Virus record (IMG/VR): IMGVR_UViG_3300035180_001652
Span: 1-28,935 of that record
Reading direction: 5' to 3' (one strand)
Length of the DNA stretch: 28,935 bases
Source: a virus
Taxonomy: Duplodnaviria; Caudoviricetes
Shown here: in pieces, positions 8,150-14,928 of the stretch
How positions within the stretch are numbered: position 1 is the stretch's first letter
How the letters are laid out: each line of letters starts with the position of its first letter
Position numbers and translations under genes: made by a program
The notes under the pieces: model-generated
Databases searched by the model: none
What the model was told of the DNA's origin: nothing
What the model saw: only the letters and a program-made list of their open reading frames with translations

Positions 8150-10605
8150 GCTTCGTCCTCTTGCTTGAACTCGAAGCCGAGCCTATCAGTGTCGATTTCG
8201 AGGCATTGCGTCTGCCCTTGCGGGGGAACGCCCGTCATGCCCTTGGTCAGCGTCACCTTACGCAAGCCGCGCAAAACGCCGATCTTGCGCAGTTCGCGCT
8301 GCGCGTCAGCCCAGTCTAGCCGCCGCTGCAACGCATAGCGGCGCATGAGCGTGTAAGAGACATAGAGCGTGCGGCTAGGCGCTTCATAGCGCATGGTGTA
8401 GGGCGGCGTGGTGCGGATCAGGTCGAACACCACGTTCTGCATGTTGGTCTGCACGCAATGCGCGATGTTCTCGTTGATGAAGTCTGTAAGCGTTTGTGTC
8501 GCGTCTGACTCGTAGGCGCTGCGGTGCTCCCGTTCAGCCAGGATCAGTTCGCGGCCAAATTCCAGCACGGCGTTCGCATCGACGGGGATGCCGAGCGCGG
8601 CCTTCACGACGCGGGCCATCATGGCTGCGCCAGCGACCATGTTGACGCGGATGCGTTCTTCAGTCGGTGCCTGAATCGCCGCTTGCAGTGCGCTTTTGAC
8701 TTTTTCCAGCCCCTGCGCGATCAAGTCTTTGTGGTCGACCAAGTATTGCGCCAGGACGTGTCCGGCAGATCCGGCGTTCGCCATCAGCAGGCGCTTCATC
8801 ATGTCGCCATCCTGCAAGCGGGCGTTGGGCGGCAACACCACGCGCATTTCCAGCACGCGGAAAGCCTCCGGGATTGCGCCCAAATCCATTAGTTTTTCGA
8901 TGATGGATGTGTTGCTGCTCGATGTGAGGATGGTGTGCCATTCCGGGGCCATCTCGCGCATGTGGCCCGAGCGGTCAAGCCGCCGCTTGTCCCGGCCTTC
9001 GGACACGTCGTAGGCGAGCACGGCGAGCTTTTGGCCGTCGAGTTTCGTCAGTTCTTCGGCCTGCACCGGAAGGTTGTGCATGATGGAGAGGAACGCCACC
9101 CGCGCGTTCTCGGTGTCCTGGGCCTTGCTGAACGCGGACTCTTGCGTCCCGAATACGCTCGTAATGGCGCTCTGCACAGTGGACTTGCCTTGCCCTGAAG
9201 GGCCGACCAGCGACAGGATGCCGCCACGCTCGCCCGACAGCTTCATCAACGGCGCGGCCAGCGAGCACATGAACGCGAAGGTCTGCTTGGGGCTGTCGCC
9301 GCACAGCAGGGGCAACACCGCCTCGCGCCACGCGTTCACGTCCCCGACCAGGGGCATATACCGCGCCAGTTGCGCAGCGTGCGGTTCCAGATGCACCAGC
9401 ACCGGCACTTGGCCTGCGCGATAAAGCCGGTTGCCGACAAGGAAACTGCCGTCCGCTTGCCAGCCGAATTGTTTGTATGAGTCCGTCACTTTTTGCTCCC
9501 GCTCCAGTTTCTCTTTCGACGCAATCAGAAACGCCTTAACTCCAGTCGCACGCTTGCCGAACACGCTCACGCCGATGTTGTTCAGCGCCTGCTCGAACTC
9601 CCGGCTCAGTTGCGCCATCGTTAAGTGGTGCTTGGCCTCATGCGGGTTGAGCACTGTCACTTCGATGTATCGCTGCTCCTGCACGCCGGGGATGCGGATG
9701 ACGTTCGTCACGGCAACCGGGTAGTGCAGCAGTGTGTCCCATGTCGCCTCGCCGCTTTCTTCGTCTTTTACCTTGACCTGCAAGGTGCCTGCATGAATGC
9801 GGTAGCCATCGGGGATGAACGGTGCCAGTGCCTTCCACTGCTCAACTTCTGGCGCTGGCTCAATGCCGCGCCGTTCTTTGCCACGAATGATTGCCAACAC
9901 CTCAGCCTCGGGCAGCGGCGGCACGCACTTGGACTCGTTCAGCGCCAGCACTTCGGCCACCAAGTCATCGCCCTCAACGCCAGCCTTGATCTTGGCGTAG
10001 CAAGCTTGGCTCAGATAGTCGTTGCGCCCGCCGTGCGGGATGACGCCCAAGGCCGCCGCCAACATCCCCGTAGGTGCGTCCAGCGGGCTTTGCTGTCGCG
10101 GGGTTGCCTGCGCCTTGGCAAGCAGCTTCGCGGGCAGCATCGGCATATCGTCCAGCGACGGCGGCAGGCCGTTAATCCAACGGTATTGCCACGGCGTGCC
10201 TTCGTCGTCAACGACGACCGATGGAGGCAACACGTCCTGGCCGCCAGCGGCTCGCAGTTCAAACCCATGCTGGTGCAAGGCGACTGTGCGCATACCCTCT
10301 GGTGCGCGGAATAGCGCCTTCCAGCGGCGCGGCCTGCCGCTCGTCCAGACGGGGCACGCAGCGACGATTTGCTTGAGCGCATCGGGCGAGAGCCCCTGCG
10401 CAGCCCACCACGCCTTAAACAGCGTGGAGTCGTCAACATCAAGACAACAGGTGCCAGAAAGCGCATGGTTGACGCCCACATTGCCGCGTTCGAGACGCGC
10501 AACGTCCTCGCATCTTCGCTCCACCCACCCCTGCTCTCTCGGCCCTTTTTCGTCTCGCGGGATAGCGACAAGTGCTAACCCTAACCGTAGATAGTCTTGG
10601 ATCAT
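8137..10605 (-). CDS. Primase-helicase: bifunctional prim-pol N-domain, PriCT-1 and DUF927 NTPase
   Basis: KGPREQGW, NVGV, CCLDVD, ELRAAGGQDVLPPS (prim-pol); GGRNDYL...CVPPLPEAEV (PriCT-1); QFGWQ and Walker A GPSGQGKST (DUF927). Confidence 0.9.
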   Translation of the reverse strand: MIQDYLRLGLALVAIPRDEKGPREQGWVERRCEDVARLERGNVGVNHALSGTCCLDVDDSTLFKAWWAAQGLSPDALKQIVAACPVWTSGRPRRWKALFRAPEGMRTVALHQHGFELRAAGGQDVLPPSVVVDDEGTPWQYRWINGLPPSLDDMPMLPAKLLAKAQATPRQQSPLDAPTGMLAAALGVIPHGGRNDYLSQACYAKIKAGVEGDDLVAEVLALNESKCVPPLPEAEVLAIIRGKERRGIEPAPEVEQWKALAPFIPDGYRIHAGTLQVKVKDEESGEATWDTLLHYPVAVTNVIRIPGVQEQRYIEVTVLNPHEAKHHLTMAQLSREFEQALNNIGVSVFGKRATGVKAFLIASKEKLEREQKVTDSYKQFGWQADGSFLVGNRLYRAGQVPVLVHLEPHAAQLARYMPLVGDVNAWREAVLPLLCGDSPKQTFAFMCSLAAPLMKLSGERGGILSLVGPSGQGKSTVQSAITSVFGTQESAFSKAQDTENARVAFLSIMHNLPVQAEELTKLDGQKLAVLAYDVSEGRDKRRLDRSGHMREMAPEWHTILTSSSNTSIIEKLMDLGAIPEAFRVLEMRVVLPPNARLQDGDMMKRLLMANAGSAGHVLAQYLVDHKDLIAQGLEKVKSALQAAIQAPTEERIRVNMVAGAAMMARVVKAALGIPVDANAVLEFGRELILAEREHRSAYESDATQTLTDFINENIAHCVQTNMQNVVFDLIRTTPPYTMRYEAPSRTLYVSYTLMRRYALQRRLDWADAQRELRKIGVLRGLRKVTLTKGMTGVPPQGQTQCLEIDTDRLGFEFKQEDEAQVA

Positions 10606-10616
10606 TTTGAAAGGGG

Positions 10617-10645
10617 AAAAGGATCGGGGCGGGGAGCCCCAATCC
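10617..10645 (-). terminator. Intrinsic terminator between SSB-like gene and primase
   Basis: Minus strand GGATTGGGGC-TCCCC-GCCCCGATCC-TTTT: 10-bp stem with one G-U pair, then a U-tract. Confidence 0.65.
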
Positions 10646-10654
10646 TATACTCGA

Positions 10655-11506
10655 TCAGTCGCCGAGCAAAGCGTCCAGGTCAACTTTTTCAGCCACCCCC
10701 GTCTTGGCCTTGGAAAGCGGTGTCACCTTCTTCTCCGGCGCGGCGATAGGCGCTTCTTCCACCGCAGGAGCTTCCATCACGACCTCCCGAACGGGCGCAG
10801 CGACCATCGGCGCACCCATGCCAACCGCAGCCTTCGCGCCCTCGCTCTGACGCAGTTGCACCGCAGCGTGCAGTTCTTCCTCGGTCAACGGGCGCTTGAT
10901 CGTAAAGATCACACGCGGGTAGTCGCTCTTAGCATCGAACGACGCATCGAACACCACACGCTCAAGGTCGATGTTCTGGCGAACAGCGTCCTTGACCGCA
11001 TCGGCAAACGCCAGCATGTTCATGGGCGAGAGCCGCCACGCAAAAATTTGCGCGTCGGGATCGCCCACCAGCATGACGGCGATGCGCTTGGAGTCCTTGC
11101 ACCGTTTGTTTTTCTTGCCCGACACCGGGTTGATGTCGCTGCCCCAAACGTTATGCGGGCAGTTTGCGCACGAGGGCGACTGCGGGTGCTCAACACCGTC
11201 GTTGGGGCGGATGCCGTTGTCCGAGGCGCAGTCCGGGGCGCGGGGTTCGCCGTCCGGGTCATACTTGCTCAGGTAGAACGTCTTGCTCTTGGCCGGGTTT
11301 GCAGCGATCAGCGCAAACTGGATGTTGAACGAGTTCAGCACATGCTCCTCGCCATCGAGCATACGCAAGCGCCAGCGTGCGCCCTTGATGCTGATCTCGG
11401 GGAACGTGCGGCCTTCGCCGGACATTCCGCTGATTACGTCAGCCGCAAGGCTAGACAGCCCTGCAACGGTCGGCAGGTTCGTGGTTTTAGTGGTCAGGTT
11501 ACTCAT
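10655..11506 (-). CDS. Putative ssDNA-binding protein with Cys cluster
   Basis: ISIKGARW, SKTFY, PDCASDNG, CANCPHNVWGS, KRCKDSKRIAV and an acidic C-terminal tail (DLDALLGD). AAGGAG RBS; located in the replication module. Confidence 0.7.
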   Translation of the reverse strand: MSNLTTKTTNLPTVAGLSSLAADVISGMSGEGRTFPEISIKGARWRLRMLDGEEHVLNSFNIQFALIAANPAKSKTFYLSKYDPDGEPRAPDCASDNGIRPNDGVEHPQSPSCANCPHNVWGSDINPVSGKKNKRCKDSKRIAVMLVGDPDAQIFAWRLSPMNMLAFADAVKDAVRQNIDLERVVFDASFDAKSDYPRVIFTIKRPLTEEELHAAVQLRQSEGAKAAVGMGAPMVAAPVREVVMEAPAVEEAPIAAPEKKVTPLSKAKTGVAEKVDLDALLGD

Positions 11507-11691
11507 GTTTCGCTCCTTTTCGCAGGCTCAATAAAACGGCGTAGCGCCGCGGCTCGACTCAGAACAATCCGAGTCTTTCTTCCGATGACGCGGCAATGCA
11601 CCTCGTCACGGTTGATCTGTTCGACGCGCACCCGTCCTAGCGTGAGGGTGCGGATCACTGCTCCGACACGGAGAATCTCGCGCGGGTTCAT
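11503..11691 (-). CDS. Hypothetical protein (62 aa, basic)
   Basis: ATGA overlaps with both neighbours. Confidence 0.65.
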   Translation of the reverse strand: MNPREILRVGAVIRTLTLGRVRVEQINRDEVHCRVIGRKTRIVLSRAAALRRFIEPAKRSET

Positions 11692-12032
11692 TTGACACTC
11701 AGCACGGTCGTGCCGCTCACCTCAACGCCGGGGATGACCTCGCCGTCCTCGATCAGCCGCAAGGCTTCGGTTGAGTCGATCGACTGCTTGACCAGCGCGG
11801 GGTTGGACTCTGCAAACTGCGCGAAGGCGTTCCAGTCTGTCACCTTGACGTTGCGCCGCACGTAGGTCGTCACCAAGCCAGCATCAGTGCGTGCCGACTT
11901 CAACCCTTCCTCGGCCAGCTTTGCTTCAATCTGGCGACTCAGATCGTCAAGTATTGCGCTGTAGCTCTTGACGGCAGCATCTTTTTCCTCGCGGGCGCGT
12001 TTATACGCCGCGATCAAGTCGTTAAGTTCCAT
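11688..12032 (-). CDS. Phage replication-module protein (N-terminal coiled coil; SARTDAG, VTDW, IPGV)
   Basis: GGAGAGAG RBS. Motifs resemble the small protein found between SNF2 helicase and SSB in PolA phages. Confidence 0.75.
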   Translation of the reverse strand: MELNDLIAAYKRAREEKDAAVKSYSAILDDLSRQIEAKLAEEGLKSARTDAGLVTTYVRRNVKVTDWNAFAQFAESNPALVKQSIDSTEALRLIEDGEVIPGVEVSGTTVLSVK

Positions 12033-13593
12033 AGCTCTCTCCGTTTATCCACGCCATGACTAGGTTCTGTAGGGACTGGCGTGCTTGGTTCCTACTGTAA
12101 ATTGCCCGCTCTAGGGCGTCAACAAAAATGTGTAAGATTCTCGTGTGAGATGTTTGCGAGGGCCGCTGGATGCGGGCGTTGGCCTGCACGTAGGCGTCCC
12201 CGCCGTCCGTGGGCGCATACCAAACGATCGTATTGGCCGCCGTGAGCGTCAGGCCGTGGCTCATGGTGCGCGGGTCAGCGACGATGATGCGCGGTTCGGG
12301 CTTCTTTTGGAAGTCTGCGAAAATCTGCGTGCGGTCGCTCAGGCTCGTCTCGCCCGACACTACGGCCACCGAGTAGTCGCCCTTGAGCGCGTCTGCAACC
12401 CGCTTGACGATGCTCTGAAACGGCGCGAACACAATGATCTTCCGGTCGCACTCGTCCACAATGTCGCGCAGCAGGGCCAGCCGGGGCGAAGCGTCCACGT
12501 CATGCGCCTGATGGTCTTTGTCATAGACCGCGCCAGCCAGAATCTGCAAAATCTTGATGCGCAGCGCCCCCTCATGCACCGCCGTAATCTCTGCGCCGTT
12601 ATCGAGCGCCCACTGCATCTTTTTGCGTAGCTCATCGAGCGCCTTGCGCTGCGCAGGCGTCATCTCCGCTTTGCGATGCTCGTAGGTCGTCGGCGGCAAG
12701 TCGATGCAGTCATCGCGCCGGAACCGGATCGCGGGCTGCATGAACTCGCCGACGAGCTTCTCCGCGCTCGGGACCGGCTCCCACTTGAAGTTTGATACCT
12801 GCCGCATCACGGTGTTGCGGAATGCCCGGTAACTCAGCTTGGGCTTGTCGATCAGTGCCTGCTGGCCGTAGGCGTCGGTCGGCTCTTGTGGCGTTGGCGT
12901 GCCCGTATTCAGCCAGACCAGCGGGTTCGGCAACCCACGGATCAAGTCACGCAGGGCTTTCCATCGCGCAGTTGTCGGGTGCCGGTATTTGTGACTCTCG
13001 TCCACAATGATTAGCCACGACGTTTGCTTCGCCATGATCGCTTCGCGCACGGCGGGGATGGTCAACCCCTCATTGTTGATGATGTAGTAGTCCGCGTCAT
13101 CCTCCAATGCTTCGAGCCGCTGCTTCACGCTTCCGTGCAGCACGCTCGACCGCCGACGCCCTGGGAAGTGCTCGCCAATCGCATCACGCCAGACACTGTA
13201 GACCGTGGTCAGCGGGGCGACGATCAGCACTTTCGTAACGACATTCAGCCCCAACAAGTAGTCGCTGGCCCACAGGTTGCCGAGCGTCTTACCCGTCCCT
13301 GGCTCGGACAGGTTATGGCAGCGCGGGTGCGTGGTCAGGAACCGCGCCATCTCGATCTGGTGTGCCATCGGTTTGTCAATCGACGGCGAGCGCGGCCAGT
13401 CGTAGCTCGTCTCGATGGGCGACTTGACTGGCAAGCCAATATGCGCGGCGGCGATCATCGCCAGCAGGTTGACGGGCGCGACCACAACATCCTTGACGAC
13501 CCGCGCACCAGGAATCGCACGCGCAACCCGCTCAGGCTCGGACAGTCCGGGCCAGCCGACCACGTTATGCTTTGCACTGTAAGCTAATTGCAT
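12022..13593 (-). CDS. SNF2-family (SF2) helicase
   Basis: EPGTGKT (motif I), IIVDESH (II), TGTP (III), SHGLTLTAA (V) and QANARIQRPSQ (VI). Confidence 0.93.
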   Translation of the reverse strand: MQLAYSAKHNVVGWPGLSEPERVARAIPGARVVKDVVVAPVNLLAMIAAAHIGLPVKSPIETSYDWPRSPSIDKPMAHQIEMARFLTTHPRCHNLSEPGTGKTLGNLWASDYLLGLNVVTKVLIVAPLTTVYSVWRDAIGEHFPGRRRSSVLHGSVKQRLEALEDDADYYIINNEGLTIPAVREAIMAKQTSWLIIVDESHKYRHPTTARWKALRDLIRGLPNPLVWLNTGTPTPQEPTDAYGQQALIDKPKLSYRAFRNTVMRQVSNFKWEPVPSAEKLVGEFMQPAIRFRRDDCIDLPPTTYEHRKAEMTPAQRKALDELRKKMQWALDNGAEITAVHEGALRIKILQILAGAVYDKDHQAHDVDASPRLALLRDIVDECDRKIIVFAPFQSIVKRVADALKGDYSVAVVSGETSLSDRTQIFADFQKKPEPRIIVADPRTMSHGLTLTAANTIVWYAPTDGGDAYVQANARIQRPSQTSHTRILHIFVDALERAIYSRNQARQSLQNLVMAWINGESYGT

Positions 13594-13861
13594 CCAACAT
13601 CCCCCTTACGTCGTCCCCACTGTAAGCAACGGTTACATAGCCGTGCGCTTGCCGAATAGCGGCGACCTCACGCTCCTGGTTCGGCGTCAGCTTGCCGTTC
13701 GCACTTTTCGCTTCGACCGCAAAGAACGCGCCTTTGTAGCAACCGACAAAATCCGGTATCCCAGACCGCCCATAGCCGTTCATGGCGGGCATGAAATACC
13801 AGCACCCATACTCGGCCAAGACTTTCTTGACCTCGGCCTTCACTTTCGCTTCGGGCGTCAT
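13565..13861 (-). CDS. VRR-NUC domain nuclease
   Basis: TPEAKVK...GRSGIPD...AVEAK...LTPNQ PD-(D/E)XK signature. Confidence 0.92.
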   Translation of the reverse strand: MTPEAKVKAEVKKVLAEYGCWYFMPAMNGYGRSGIPDFVGCYKGAFFAVEAKSANGKLTPNQEREVAAIRQAHGYVTVAYSGDDVRGMLDAISLQCKA

Positions 13862-13950
13862 GGAAGGAGCATATACAACAAGAAAGAAACGACGGCGTAG
13901 GCAGCTAGGAACGCAATCCCGCCCACAGCAAGCGCAAAAAACTCGTCCAC
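13858..13950 (-). CDS. Small single-TM membrane protein (30 aa)
   Basis: AAGGAGG RBS six bases before GTG 13950. Product MDEFFALAVGGIAFLAAYAVVSFLLYMLLP; its stop overlaps the VRR-NUC ATG. Confidence 0.7.
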   Translation of the reverse strand: MDEFFALAVGGIAFLAAYAVVSFLLYMLLP

Positions 13951-13951
13951 G

Positions 13952-14602
13952 TCAAGCCTCCTTCTTCGGGTAAAGCACGCACTTATTCGCACTGCACCAG
14001 TTGCAAAGCGGCGAGGGCTTGGGCGCCCATCGCTCGTCGGCCTCAATCTGCGCAATGATGCGGGCAATCTTGTCCTCGACGGCTTGCAGGTTGCATCGCT
14101 CATGCACCACTTCTGCGCCGACCTTGCCGTGCTTCAGGTAGACGTTGAACCCGGTCACTATCTCCACGGCAGGGAACGCTTTGAGGACAGCGAGCGCGTA
14201 GCAGTCGTGTTGCAGCGTGTCCTCATAGGGCTTGCCACTTTTCCAATCGCACACCACCGCACGCTTGCCGTCGTCGCTGATGAGCAGCACGTCCAGCTTC
14301 GCCACAAACCCCTTTGGCGGCTTTGTCACGGCGTAATCGAACTTGTCATCAAGGAAGATCGTCTGCTCGATCCGCGCGTTGTCGATGCGGTTGCGCACGC
14401 TGCTGATGCTTTCCTCGTAGATCGTCAGCGGCTCGGGGAGCGGCGTGCGCGTCTTGAGCGCAGTCTCGATGGCCTCGTGAATCTCAACGCCGCTCGACGC
14501 CTCTTTGCTCTGGTAGGGCAGCGTATCCCGCGCTTTGTATTTCCGGTAGAACTGCTGCGGGCACTTCAGGTAGCAGCTCAGGCTGGAGTAGGAGTAGATC
14601 AT
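13952..14602 (-). CDS. Cas4-like / RecB-family PD-(D/E)XK exonuclease
   Basis: SYSSL..Y.KCP, G.EIH, KLDV, DWKSGK, Q...YA and C-terminal LCNWC...C (four-Cys Fe-S arrangement). Confidence 0.9.
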   Translation of the reverse strand: MIYSYSSLSCYLKCPQQFYRKYKARDTLPYQSKEASSGVEIHEAIETALKTRTPLPEPLTIYEESISSVRNRIDNARIEQTIFLDDKFDYAVTKPPKGFVAKLDVLLISDDGKRAVVCDWKSGKPYEDTLQHDCYALAVLKAFPAVEIVTGFNVYLKHGKVGAEVVHERCNLQAVEDKIARIIAQIEADERWAPKPSPLCNWCSANKCVLYPKKEA

Positions 14603-14928
14603 TCTCGCTGCTCCTTCACGCTCACCAGCTTCTCAAGGTAGTGCAGAGCCTTCTTCAAGTCTTGCAGACCGTCGCCCTTCCGGCCTGCGCGTGAGAGATA
14701 CTTGATCGCGTTCCCGCGCAAAAAGCCTTCAAACTCGGCCTCGCTCATCCAAGATTCCATCGCCGCCCACGGTTGAACTGCCAGTTCCTTGTAGTGGTCG
14801 CCGCCGATCTGGTAGCTATCAGCAAGCCGGCTTTTGTTCGCGGTGTATACCGTCCCGGCGAAACGGCATGTGTCATGATGCCGTTCACCGTCTTTTGCTC
14901 CGCACTTCACACAATACAAACTGCTCAT
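14599..14928 (-). CDS. DUF3310 family protein (T7 gp1.7 nucleotide-kinase-like) with N-terminal CxxC/HxxC extension
   Basis: QIGGDHY...GFLRGNAIKYLSRAGRKG...DLKKALHYL. ATG 14928 overlaps the polymerase stop. Confidence 0.85.
   Translation of the reverse strand: MSSLYCVKCGAKDGERHHDTCRFAGTVYTANKSRLADSYQIGGDHYKELAVQPWAAMESWMSEAEFEGFLRGNAIKYLSRAGRKGDGLQDLKKALHYLEKLVSVKEQRE

Noticed and set aside
10607-11695. 362-aa plus-strand ORF and similar antisense ORFs (e.g. 19519-20505, 26092-26844)
   Set aside because: These are shadow ORFs opposite well-supported genes in GC-rich DNA, with no motifs.
13952-14602. CRISPR-Cas system suggested by the Cas4-like gene
   Set aside because: There are no other cas genes or arrays, and solo Cas4-like nucleases are normal in phage replication modules.
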